A stretch of DNA of 55,105 nt from Tubiluchus corallicola (taxonomy: Eukaryota > Animalia > Priapulida). The translations under genes were made by a program, and so were the position numbers. Position 1 is the first letter of the stretch; each line of letters opens with the position of its first letter. The notes beneath the pieces are model-generated. The model saw only the letters and a program-made list of their open reading frames with translations. It ran no database searches and was not told the origin of the DNA. Shown here piece after piece: positions 42,528-55,105 of the stretch. The stretch is taken from assembly GCA_030141605.1 (NCBI GenBank), contig JAQGDQ010000040.1, positions 920,300-975,404 on the forward strand, given 5' to 3'.

Positions 42528-43495
42528 TTACATGTCAACATGTGTGCAAAAGCTTAGCTTAAAATGTTTGTGTTTCCAAGCATATATCAATGGATTGGCC
42601 ATTGAGTTAATAAAAACCATAGCATAGCAAAAAAGCTCCACATAGAAGTTTTCTTTTCTGTCCGTGGCATACATGAAAAACATGCCTGTTACATTAATCG
42701 GCATCCAGCAGATCGCAAACGTCCCAGCAACAACGAACATTATCTTTGCAGACTTGATGTTTTGCAGTGGCTGAAAACTCTGTTGCGAAACTGGATTAAT
42801 CTGTCTTTGGTGACGATTTGCAATTAACATAATTCTTGCATAGCCAATGAAAACAAACAACATTGCTGTGATACCATACATGTTAAAAGCAAAGAAATGC
42901 ATTGGATGTGTCATATTGTAAAAAGAACAGTAAACAAGTGGACTTGTCATGCATTGCCCATACAAAATAATCAATCCATAAAATGCTGCTCATATCCGTG
43001 TTATAGTAATGAGAATAACAATGTGCGAAGACTGTATTTTTGAAAGGAAAGATGGATGTACTATTGCAATATAACGTTCAGCCGTGATCACGATAAGGGT
43101 TGTGATTGAACATGTGCCACAAATAAGTGAGAACACCACAATAAATAAGCACTTATTTGCAGAAATAACATTCATGTGCAAGATGCCGTCTACAAGCATC
43201 AATGCCATGCTGCCAAACAATCCATCACCCATCTGAAAACAAGTTTAAAGTGAAGATGATTAAACACAACACACAGTAGAAGATTAAAATTTGCTTATGA
43301 ACAATCCATCCCCACTGACAAATTAAGCAACAGTCAATTCTACGTTGTTTGCAACTTTTTATATTTGAGAATAGCAGTGACAACAAGCATATTTAGAACA
43401 ATGATGTGTCCAATAATTATGAATAATGTGCTGAAAAATGCAGTTGCGAGTACAAAAGTGTTGCTAGTTACACTTTGATTAGTGCCGTTATTCAT
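42528..43495 (-). pseudogene. Intronless class A (rhodopsin-like) GPCR pseudogene
   Basis: MNNGT.. TM1, then LQTT*N*LLLNLSVG (two stops), ERYIAIVHP, FAICWMP, NSMANPLIYAW. It carries an 80-bp insertion in TM2 and a frameshift near 42980. Confidence 0.9.
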
Positions 43496-44339
43496 TTTAG
43501 TTCAAAAATGATTAACTCTTTCAACTGTTTCATTTGCAATAAGAACCTCTAGCAGAACACGCGTATATTATACCCAATGTTTAGTTAACAGCTACATTGA
43601 GAGGCAGAAATTAAGCAATGTCCTTTGAGTGACTGTTTTGAGAGATCGTAATGCACAAAGAAAAAAGGTTTTTCTTCCAATGTCGTACCAAAAAACTGCA
43701 TAGCAAACATGCATTAGCATTCCAGCTACATAAGTATTGGCAGCAGTTATTATAAAATGTGTGCGATCCATTATAAAATAAACCAGAGGCTACCAGCAAT
43801 AACACAGATAAACAAAACAGCAAGTGTAGTATTCCTTTGTGTGCTGCTTTGTAAATACACCAATAACTGCTGGTTTTACTAGTCTACTAGAACATGTATA
43901 CAAGAAACTGCATTACAGATAGCTGAAAAATATCTGAGAAATGAAATAATCGGGGGCCATTTATCTTTTGTGTGGAAAAGAATTGTGAACTTGCAAAAAC
44001 TTATGTTAACTCTCTCCGCTTTTTTCTTATGTGAGGAAAAAGTTTTCATTAGTAAGGGTCAGTATAACAGTAAAAATTTCACAACTGCAGCCATTTAAAA
44101 TCGAAGGCCACAAAATTATTTGTGAATAAGAGTGAGCTGCCAAAAACTGCTCTTAATAAACTAAGACAACAGAAATAGTGGCACACTTTTGCAAACAGCA
44201 AAAACAAATGCTTCTTTATGTGCAAAAGACAACATTGTACTGACAAAGAACATTTGCACAGAACCAGATGTAGGTCATACTAAAGTATATAAATTATTTA
44301 AGGATACGTGTGCAAATAAAGTTTAACAGGTGCATGTTC

Positions 44340-47300
44340 TTTCCACACTGGACTTTGACTTTCCTCGGCTCTGCATAATTGCATCATAAAGTTCTTATTT
44401 TCCAAAATAGGAGTTTTAAAAGCAAAAGTCTTCTGATGCAAAATCCACCATTGCAAACTGTGGGCAAACATCTGGAGTCCAGCTTTTTACAACAGCCAAA
44501 GCTTCTGCGATGCTATCCTTTGTCTCCTGCTGCACCACAAACACTGCAACAACCTAAAAGACGAACTTCACCATTACACACTGCAATATGATACCTATGT
44601 TATCAAAATGAAGCAAATCTATTTTCAGCCCTTAGCCACAAGTGCACTATTTATGAATGCTAAAAATGCGCACAAGCAGAACAGCTATTTCTCACTGCAA
44701 TCATCAACAGATTATCTAAATACTGTGGAGAATGACAAAAAAAAGTTTTTTGCAAAACTATTAATCTACAATAACTACTGTAGTAATAAACAGTTGAAAG
44801 AACATTAGCGATCAAGATTATGAAATGTTTTTTGCTGAACAATGTCAAAACCCTACAGTTAAACTGTCACTGCAGCTGGAATAGATAACATGGAGATATA
44901 ACTTATGAATTGGCTAAATCAAATGTCTTCTGCACCTGGTAATCAACGTTGGTATGAACCACCAGAAAAAACAAAGGAAGAGCACATTTGCAAGTCCTGT
45001 ATGTGGCGTCTAGTAGTATAGCTTGGCCATATCTTTTATACAGTCGCTGCATCTGGGGTGTCTGTAAAACAAGAAGCATTAATCGGCGATCATGATCCTT
45101 AACATTTGGGCACGATATGTGCATTGCATTGTATTGTACTACACATACTGTGCATTAACGATCTGCAATAGGGATGTATCATAACATTATTGCAATGGAA
45201 AAAATGTATTTGTATGAAAGTACACGTGCCAATCAACAGGATCATCTTTCAAGGGTGAATGTATTTTGCCACATATTTCTTCAAGAGGGAGTGGTTTATG
45301 CATGCGATGCCTGATACACAAACAACAGCTTTTTTCCTGGCACGATGCAAGCCTTTACATCGGTAACCTCTTCATCAATGTCTGATACATCGTCTGATGA
45401 TGCTGGCTCAGTCTCATCCTGGCATGATGCAAGCCTTTACATCGGTAACCTTGTCATCAATGTCTGATAAATCGTCTGATGATGCTGGCTCAGTCTCATC
45501 CTGGCACGATGCAAGCCTTTACATCGGTAACCTCGTCATCAATGTCTGATAAATCGTCTGATGATGCTGGCTCAGTCTCATCCTGGCACGATGCAAGCCT
45601 TTACATCGGTAACCTCGTCATCAATGTCTGATAAATCGTCTGATGATGCTGGCTCAGTCTCATCCTGGCACGATGCAAGCCTTTACATCGGTAACCTCGT
45701 CATCAATGTCTGATAAATCGTCTGATGATGCTGGCTCAGTCTCATCCTGGCACGATGCAAGCCTTTACATCGGTAACCTCGTCATCAATGTCTGATAAAT
45801 CGTCTGATGATGCTGGCTCAGTCTCATCCTGGCACGATGCAAGCCTTTACATCGGTAACCTCGTCATCAATGTCTGATAAATCGTCTGATGATGCTGGCT
45901 CAGTCTCATCCTGGCACGATGCAAGCCTTTACATCGGTAACCTCGTCATCAATGTCTGATAAATCGTCTGATGATGCTGGCTCAGTCTCATCCTGGCACG
46001 ATGCAAGCCTTTACATCGGTAACCTCGTCATCAATGTCTGATAAATCGTCTGATGATGCTGGCTCAGTCTCATCCTGGCACGATGCAAGCCTTTACATCG
46101 GTAACCTCGTCATCAATGTCTGATAAATCGTCTGATGATGCTGGCTCAGTCTCATCCTGGCACGATGCAAGCCTTTACATCGGTAACCTCGTCATCAATG
46201 TCTGATAAATCGTCTGATGATGCTGGCTCAGTCTCATCCTGGCACGATGCAAGCCTTTACATCGGTAACCTCGTCATCAATGTCTGATAAATCGTCTGAT
46301 GATGCTGGCTCAGTCTCATCCTGGCACGATGCAAGCCTTTACAACGGTAACCTCGTCATCAATGTCAGCAGCCTCTACATCCTCTACAGATGAGGAGCAG
46401 GGCCTGAAGAAACTGTGGTCAGTTGGGTTGATTTCCCCTAACATTCTCTCAACATTGACTTGATCAATTTGTGCAAAATGGCGTTTAAGTTTATACTTGG
46501 TAATTAAATTACTCAAGTCCACTGCATGTGTACTTTTATTAAGTACATAGTGCCTTGACGTACGGTGGTATCTTATCAAAACAGGCTCTGTTAGGGTTTG
46601 TATCAAGATGTACAAATTTTACAAATAGGCTTGTTATGGAAAAGATGTATCATGCAGTAAATATAAAATCTTGATATTTTTTGTATTTTTCAATCTCATT
46701 GGTGATTTTCAAAATTTTCAGTTTAATGACTGAATGCTGAGTGGTGAATTATTTACCTTCGCCTGCTTTGTTCAGGTGGGTCTTGCCCAAAGAATAAAGT
46801 GTTAACTACATATTCTTTAAGACACGACTCTAGATTCCTTCTGTTTGTTACACCACTAGCTAACAGTTCTAGCACATTTTCCTTGATCTGGTTATCGACA
46901 GGCTCACTGTAGCCACCCATCTGAAAACAAGTTTAAAGTGAAGATGATTAAACACAACACACAGTAGAAGATTAAAATTTGCTTATGAACAATTTTACTA
47001 CTTGGACTATAACGTGGTTGATTTACAATGAAAAGAAAGGAATTTCAGCACAGCAGGTATATTTGTGGAAGGTATACTTAACAAGTATATTTAACAAGGT
47101 TTGTCTATAAAATGGAGAATACTCGAACGCGCTTCTTGTCAATGTCTATTCCGCCAAAGTTGTGACTATCTTTCTCTGTGATAATTTTACCTTCCCACTA
47201 AGATGATACTTGTGCTCATCTTTGTCTGGAATTGACATGATATATTTAACATCCATCTGGGGCTGAGGATCTCTTTCCAAGGCTTTCTTCAGTTCCCTAA

Positions 47301-49255
47301 GCATTTGCCCTTTAGCGGCCCTTGATGTATCAGAAATCTGCAACAGAAACAATAGTTAAAAAGAACTGTTGTAGGAAAAGGTATTATAATATACCCAGCC
47401 ACATATGCTATATATCGCTTGCTGCCTTGTGTGGTTTCATTAAACAAGTTTAAGCAATCAAACAAATTTTACACACCAAGGTATAAAGCAAGTAAAATTT
47501 GACACTTTTCTGAATAATGCAAAAAAGAAAGATAATATTCATAACTATTCTGACCAACATGCAAATTATTTAGCTTAGGCAAAGTAAAATATTACTACAA
47601 CACATTTCATTCACCTTAAACTCTGGAAACTTCACAATTTTTTTATCTGGATTGTTGCAGGACAACCCATCTTTTTTGTAGGCTGCTGCAGAAATCTGCT
47701 TTTTACAAATATATGATCATTTCTCTGAAAATAAAATCAAATTCACTACATAGAAATCTGATGTAATATGTGCATATTGGGTGTATATGTATTCTAAACT
47801 AGTATATATCACAGCAATGCTAACAGACTCTTGCTTACCAGCGTCTGATTCTGTTTTAATTATTAGTTTCTGCAGTATCTTCGTGTTTGAACCAGATACA
47901 TCAAATGTCAAAATGTCAACCACTTGACATAAGTACTTATTATGCCACTTTTTTATACTAGAAAGCTACTTTAGTGATGCAAAGACAACCACACATATAT
48001 AAAAGAGTATACTAAAAATGCATTGTGACTATTTTATTAATCACAAGAAACTGTTCTTGGGTTACCAACTATCTCACACACAAGTAAGATATGCTTTGTA
48101 ATGGAAAAATACAAAAGTTCAGTCAGCTAGGGCTATTAAATAAACCTAGCTACTCAGGCCTTGACTTTTCATTCCTGATTTGTTGGTTCACTCCAAACAA
48201 AGTTTGTGAAAGATGTTCCATACCTGAAAAAGCCAGAATCATTCTACAAGTATCTAAAATAAATTTCTTTAATCGTTACGAATTTTTGATGAATATTTTG
48301 CTTATTAATGCCTGTAGGTTGTTACCAGTTTATTTCCTAAAAAAGTAATTAGCGTTTTTATCTAGTTTGTTCGCTGGCCGCAGAACTTTATATTAGACTG
48401 GTAAATTAAAAATCTGGCCTTACCAATTCTTGTCCCACTAATATCTGTTGGTGGTTTCCTCATGGCTTAAAATAGTACTAACACTTTTATTAAAAGGCTA
48501 AGAATTGCTTAAATGAAACGGATATGTAGTTTAATTGTATGTTCCCACTTATGATGAGATCTCATTTAGTTTAAGGCACATTTAGGAAGAGGAAAGAAAA
48601 ATGTGGGCCTCACCATACGCCGATCCTTATCTTCATTCCATTTCTTCTTCACTGACAGTCCTCTGTCTCCTGAAAGTTGCCAATGAATTTTCATACCATT
48701 TGATACATCTGAAATGTAAATCAGACTTACATGTTGTTCACAAAACTTTCAACACCGGATTAACACTTATTTATCATATCATATGCAGTTTCATATCATG
48801 TCATAGTAGTTTTTCCTATCATATGCAGTGTTTATGAATATAGGCCCCTGAATGACTATTAATATAGTACTATTATAACAGAATTCAGACAACAAAACTC
48901 AAAAGACTCTGCATAATTCGATTCTCTGTAATTCAGAATATCGTTCATCTCAGACAGATTAAAAATAGTATGGACTTCTTTCTTTATATCTTAATGCTTA
49001 AAGCAATTTAGGGCAACACTGCCTTTCTTTTCACAATATTTTACTAATTATTATGAACATATAATTTGCAAACGCCTGCCATGTGCCACAACTCACTTGG
49101 CTATGACACTATAGACACTTACCGACGTCATCGCTAAATCGCTTCTGCTGTGACTCAACTACATAATGAGTTGTAGTATCCAATTCATGTTGTTTGATCA
49201 CTCGAAGGCAATCATTCACATTGGATATTACAACAGTCTTGTATGCAGCAGCCAT
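44340..49255 (-). mobile_element. Intron-containing Mutator/MULE transposase gene (CARF-like N-terminus), inactivated
   Basis: Spliced fragments: MAAAYK.. (ATG 49255), QQPTKKMGCPATIQIK..VKFPEFK (~47615-47725), EHKYH (~47200), PVDNQIKE (~46900), QTPQMQRLYKRYGQAILLDATYRT..LPLFFLVVHTNVDYQ (~44935-45090), VVAAFVVQQETKDSIAEAL..AMVDF (~44440-44555). Frameshifts and a repeat insertion are present; TIRs not identified. Confidence 0.8.
45336..46366. repeat. 82-bp tandem repeat, 12 full copies plus a partial, within a MULE exon
   Basis: Unit starts run from 45336 to 46320 at exact 82-bp spacing, and most copies look identical. The unit encodes DETEPASSDDLSDIDDEVTDVKACIVPG on the - strand with a frame slip per unit. 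Confidence 0.96.
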
Positions 49256-49827
49256 TTTCTGCTCTTGGTTGAATTTCGTACGTATCCATAGTCCTGTGCG
49301 CAAAATCCGAATCATGCCCACAATTCTGTGCGCTCAACACGAAGAACGCAAAGTAGTCCTCACCGTGTGGAAGTTGGTACTTGTACATTGTAGTTTGGGT
49401 GCTGCCATCTATGTTCCAATCTTGTTACATTCTACCAGCTGATTTACCAACAGTCAAATTGTATGGTCCAGTGACTACATACACACTGGTCCTCTCCCTA
49501 TTATAAATTAATGGTTGTTGTGAAGCCTGTGCAACTCTGCATAGGTCAAGTGCTATACCTGTATACTGGCTGTGAAACAGGTTTTACTGACTGTTTTTAG
49601 ATTCTAGTTTTGCTCAATGTTCAGTGCAGCAGTTTTTCCATTCATGTTGTCCATTCTAGTTCAATAAACACTTTTCAGTTGTGTGAAATGCAAATATTTA
49701 TTATACATGTTTGGTTTTTATCTGTACTTCTCCGTGTGTCTAAACTCAAGCATATCAAAGTGACTGAGCAACAACTTCAAAAATCACTTTTACATCATGT
49801 AAATTTTGTACGTTAATAATATCTCAC

Positions 49828-52533
49828 CTTCTCCACTCTTCTCCTCCAAAGTTCTTCTCTTTGGTTCATTAAATCTATGCGGTAGGAAAGTGTTTCCAAG
49901 ATTCCGCTCGTCGTAGCCTTGAACATCAGCGCCTCCCCGTGGAAATCTATGCAGTAGGAAAGTGTTTCCAAGATTCCGCTCGTCGTAGTCTTGAACATCA
50001 GCGCCTCCCCGTGGAAATCTATTGCATGTGAAGCGTGTATCACCAAGTTTTCTTGCAAGCAACTTGAATTCTCTATGAAGAGAGCAACAGTCAGACATTA
50101 AAATCAACAATAAAATTCAAGACAAGGGAAGTGCATGTCTTCTATCAAAGTTAAGCAACACTAGTCTTGGTTGATAAATGGATGGAGACCATACAGGAAT
50201 ACTGCTCGTTCTACAGGATTATCGTTGATGATGAATTAAATTCCAGTTACGACAAATTACCTACATTAAGTACGTCTGCTAACTTGAAGGGTGACCACTG
50301 GTCAGATCGGCGTAAAGCAACATATTAAATACTTTCACCTGTTTCTTTATTACAGTTCATCAATCTTAGTTGAGTAAAATTTAATAATAGCAAATTTATT
50401 AAAATTATATAACGTCTAATATAATAGTAATAGTAATTAGTAATAGTTCATTAGTAATAATAATTAGTATTCTTAAATAATAGTAATATATATATATATC
50501 TTTACCGTTACTATCATTGAAGCCTGGAATTTGAATTTCAAAATTGTCATCAATCATTTGGAGATCATCAATGGCAATACCTACGAGCAACAACAGAATT
50601 TTACAGAGCAACAAACTGAACATGTAATTTTACAAGACAGCACAGATACATTCACCGATGCACAAACACTTTCACGGATTTTAAAAGCGTTTGACGGATT
50701 TTACCTTAAAATGTAGAAAATTTTAATGAAAAACCGTTTACCTCAAAGCAGGTAAAGGTTCTTAAACTTGATTTAATAGTTTTCAAGTGTCTAAGAAATT
50801 TATGAAAAGACCTTTTACAGGCATTTGCAATTCAGTTTTCAAACTTGGAAAGAACTTTAACGGAAAGATTTTAGCTGTTTAAAGGCACAACTGCACTCAA
50901 TGCATACAAGTGTTTAAACGTTAATTTTTTTTATAGAAGTAGAGCATTTTTTACATACTATTTCGCTGAATCACATACTTATCACTGAACGGAGACATAG
51001 CATCAAAATATTTATCATGTATAGCAACACGTATCAAAATATTTTTGCAGCGTGTCAACCTGCTGGCACAGAATGTCAGGGAATGTTCCCATTTCATGCA
51101 ATTTTTCTCTGAGACCTCTTCCTCTCTGAAGCAAATTTTTATCATTTTAGATTTAATCGTTACAGAATACGTATTTTATATAAGCAGTGCAAAAATTAAG
51201 GCTTTAGAGTATAGACCTATGGAGTTCTTAAGCTTGACATGGAAGAATGTCATTAAAGGAGCATGATTACTTTTAGGACTTAATTGTTACTGTTACATGA
51301 ATAACATTTGATTCTGTGGCCAAGTTAAAATCCTTGTCCACCTTGTTTCAGAGTAAAAACTGAAACAAATTTTATTAACCGAAAAGCAGAAGAAAACCCT
51401 CCACTTACATAAAGCTTAAAAACTCCTCTCGAAATTTTATTCCATTTACGTACTGTCTTTTGGCATGCAGGGCTTACGTCGGCAGTAACGCGGTATAAAA
51501 GACCTAAATTTAAACTCCCACGATGACCACTAGACGATGGTAGGTCCGTTTGAAACAAGTTTAGATAACATTAAGTGAAGTTTTGGAAAAATAATCAGAG
51601 CATTCGTAGCACACATGTTGCTAACTAAATAAAATTTCAAATTACTGTATCTTGTCAATAAGATTAAAAATGCGTTTTTGGCTAGTGAGTGGTGCACCAT
51701 GGAGGAGCCAGCGACATTTTACCAATTAGCACAAACATTTTAAATTATTAGTCTAGTTACATGTCTAGTTAGAAGTCTTGTCTTGTCTATGTCATGTCTT
51801 AGTCTAGTTAGAAGTCTTTCCAGCAGGTAAACAAAATGCTAAGTAATATAGATTTCCACAGAAAGATTTTTTGGGACATAATTTAACATTGCCCTTTCTT
51901 CCACTAATTTACGTTTGCTTATGTGACATCATGTAATGGTGCCGTCGGAACGGTATTGCGGGAGATTTAAAATGAAAACAAGCAAAATTCCTTTCAATGT
52001 GAATAAGATATACACATAAAATTGCTGTAAAGTAACATAATTTTTTAAGGCGATTTTTCTGAAACCTACTTCTGGCGCCCCTTTTCTTATCTTTTAAGAA
52101 AGATAGATAGCTTGATGATGTGCAAAAAACTAAAAAAAATCAATGGCACTGAAAGTCTTATTATAATATGTTAGTACTTAGTAAATATTAATCAAAACTT
52201 TATAATCTGAAGTTTTTGGTTGCTACACGTATTCTGCAAGAGACCAATAAAATTTACAACACAGCAGACCTTCATGCCTCTGACATGTGCCGTGGTACAA
52301 TAAACGTAAAAAAACTTGCAACAATTACAACTTACCTTGAAAGAAGTCGAACTGGCTGACGATCCTACAGACCTAAGAGATTTCAATGAACCATGACGAC
52401 GGAGACTGTGGCCATGGTTACAAGACTGCAAGGTTTGAACCCAGTGATCTCGCTCCTCAGCAGAATAAGCTCACAAATACCAGATGTTGTCATTGACGAT
52501 AACGTCGAATCTACACACATCATGGTCATGAGG
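49828..52533 (-). pseudogene. CERT1: Ceramide transfer protein (CERT/COL4A3BP) partial spliced pseudogene
   Basis: Exon 52336-52533 PHDHDVCRFDVIVNDNIWYL*AYSAEERDHW..SLRRHGSL..STSFK; exon ending 51125 [31 protein letters not shown]; exon 50506-50580; exon 49828-50072 [31 protein letters not shown]. These match the CERT PH, serine-rich and coiled-coil regions as I recall them. In-frame TGA at 52471-52473. Confidence 0.88.
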
Positions 52534-52929
52534 CTAATCAATAAAATTAAAAGAATAATGCCTTCAGGTTATTAGGATAAAATGAAATAATTTACCATAA
52601 ATGTGAGGTCAAGATACATGACTTTCAGTTCGTTTATAAAGTTTGAAATCTTTTTTTATTATTATCACATTCAGTACAATATAGTGACATGTAATACATG
52701 GTAACATTAAAATTGATACTTCATACTGTAATAAATTATCATGTTTCATACACTATCGTTATCATAAAAGATTAATTGTACTGCAGTGGGCTAGAGAAGC
52801 AAAGGCTTGTATAAGACCATTGTCATGTGAACATGACAGCTTGATTACACATGACAAGAAGCAACACAAAAAACTGAAAATTCGCAAATTTGTGTTGCAC
52901 GGGACGGATGGACAGATCGGGAAAGAGAG

Positions 52930-53148
52930 TGACTCAAGTAATATGATTGAAATCTCTTTTACACGTGTCCGTTTTTATAATTAGGTTTTTATATTTCAAT
53001 TGTAAATCATTCAAGTAATATGGTTAAATTTCTTTTACAGGGGTCCGTTCTTACATTTAGGTTTTTATATTTCAATTGTAAATGACTCAAGTAATATGGT
53101 TAAATCGCTTTTATACGGGTCCGTTTTTACATTTCAATTGTAAATCAT
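52930..53148. repeat. ~76-bp tandem repeat, ~3 diverged copies
   Basis: tcaagtaatatg..gtccgtt..tttcaattgtaaat recurs near 52930, 53007 and 53083. Confidence 0.75.
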
Positions 53149-53274
53149 TTTTAATTTTGCTAATTTTTAAACTTAATTGTGTTATCTGGCAATAAATGAT
53201 GTAACGTAGGGAGTGACATACGTTACGTTTATGTTTGGTTTTCTAGATGTAAACAATGGTATTCAGGTTTACTA

Positions 53275-53931
53275 GTGCTAAATGAACTAATAAACCTGAA
53301 TACTGCTGTGTACATCTACAAAACCAAACATAAACTTCACCCCGCTTTGTTTTTTAACCCATTATCTATTAACATAAGACGTTACTCAACAAGATTTAAT
53401 GAATTTCGTATTAAGTATTGCAAGACTGACGCGGCAAGGCACTTCATCACTAACACTGGCCCCAGACTTTGGAATAACATCAACGAATACATAAAAAATT
53501 CTTTAGCTATAAATAGCTTCAAAAGAAATCTTAAAAGTGAAATCTTTTCTAATTATACAGAATAAATCAATTTGACTAATTACACTGCTGTCCCTGTCGG
53601 AATCCATCGCGTTGCTGGCTATGTCAATTTTTACATTTCTATAGTTCACGTTACTTCATACAGATACCATCACATCTTTCTCCTCTTTCTATTCTCTATT
53701 AACCTTTCTTTCTACTCCTTTACTGCTCTTTTCTTTTACACTCAGTCCACATTCATTTGGGGTGCTCTAAACAAGTAATTAGTTCTTGAGTACCCCACGG
53801 GTCATTTGCGGCTTGGCATCTTGCGTACATAATAATAAATATATTATTAAATACTTTTATGTACAATGCTGTAATGATCGTTGTGGATATATTTAATAAA
53901 TAAATAAAATAATAATAAAATAAAAAAAAAT
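53275..53931 (+). mobile_element. 3' fragment of a CR1/L2-like LINE
   Basis: ORF2 C-terminal motifs RYSTR, GPRLWNNI..IK..INSFKRNLK, followed by a UTR and an (AATA)n/poly-A tail at ~53894-53930. Confidence 0.75.
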
Positions 53932-55105
53932 AGACTGCCCATACAAAATAATAAGATTAATTATTATTATTATTATTATTATCAATGCCTCCTCAATGCC
54001 TATTTTACAAACTGGTATCAGTCCATTACAGACCAATAATTAATTTGTCATACCATTACCTTATCCAGTATATATACCTACCATAACTACAGAAATTTAA
54101 ATTCAGTGTAATTTAATTCAAAATTTTTACACGTCTCTGTCAATCCAGCGATCATCGAGCAGCCACTCCGATAAAAATAAGATATTTTTAGATGCCGAGG
54201 GCTTTTTAATTTAACATATATGTTATGTCGAGTAATTGTGGATTTAATATTCTCTGAAGAGGCAATAGCTGAATTTGTGTAAATGAGATTGCCGTATATA
54301 CTTATGTACAAGTCGAATTTTTGGGAGGCGATTTTAATGTGAAATTTTAGGGGGTCGACTTATACTTACGATATGTTTTTGGGAGATGTCGCTATAGAGT
54401 CGTCTACAAAATTAAATGTAAAATTATCCCTTCATTGATAAGCTTTATCGTTCAAAATATTTCCCAAATTTTTGTCTAACCAGAGTGATTTAAAATAAAT
54501 AAAGAGTAAATAAATAAGAGGAAAGTAAAATAAATAAGAAATCCCGGTAATGAATAAGCGCGTAGCAAACAACAAAATAGTAAGGTAGGCCGGTAACAAA
54601 AAGCCTAGGAAAATAGGACACAGAGACAATTACATTTATCTTTTATAACGATTGCACATCTTAGCTCCGTTTTAAATGGCAAACAGTAATTAAATTTTTA
54701 CAAAAAAGGTAGAATAAAACAACGTGATAATTTTTACAAAGCGCTAAATGTTGCGCCATTTTGTCCAAAATTAAATAGAAGAAACCTTAGCACACATGAC
54801 CGATTACACATCGAAAACTGTCGATTTCGCCTTACAAAACGACATCAACGACATGTCGACAGCGAAGACACAAACCTGAATTAAGCAGTAACTGCTGCAA
54901 TTCATTAACACACTAAAAACAGCACCTTTGATACAAATTTTAACTGCTACAAGCCGAAGTTCAGAGAGACGCGATTTTTTTTTATTTATGTGAAAAGTTA
55001 AGCACTGTTAAGATCCTTAACAGGCAATAGCCTATGGAAGAGGAAAACAACTGATAACTGGTAAATTACTACACTAGAAAAATGAAACAGCATGAAGAAA
55101 CAAAG

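Overview
This window is chimeric. Bases 1 to ~20197 are the late (virion and lysis) region of a Bacteroidota Mu-like contractile-tailed prophage, arranged as two divergent operons. The left arm holds terminase, baseplate and a YadA-repeat tail fibre. The right arm holds protease, capsid, sheath, tube, chaperone, tape measure, portal, neck remnants, amidase and holins, and ends in a candidate transposable-phage terminus. An intact IS256 follows (20202-21646). Its far terminal inverted repeat abuts animal-type nuclear DNA directly, cutting the 3' end of a LINE. Bases ~21647-55105 are metazoan: a LINE, a deleted Gypsy element with a 1-kb LTR, several minisatellites, a spliced C1q-domain gene, a GPCR pseudogene, an intron-containing Mutator/CARF-like element, a CERT1 pseudogene and a CR1/L2-like 3' end. 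The strongest signals are the bacterium-animal junction at the IS end, a candidate -1 ribosomal frameshift fusing portal to gpF, and selective decay of head-tail joining genes while the head and tail modules stay intact. All family calls come from motif recognition by eye, not database searches. The sequence alone cannot separate real integration from misassembly.
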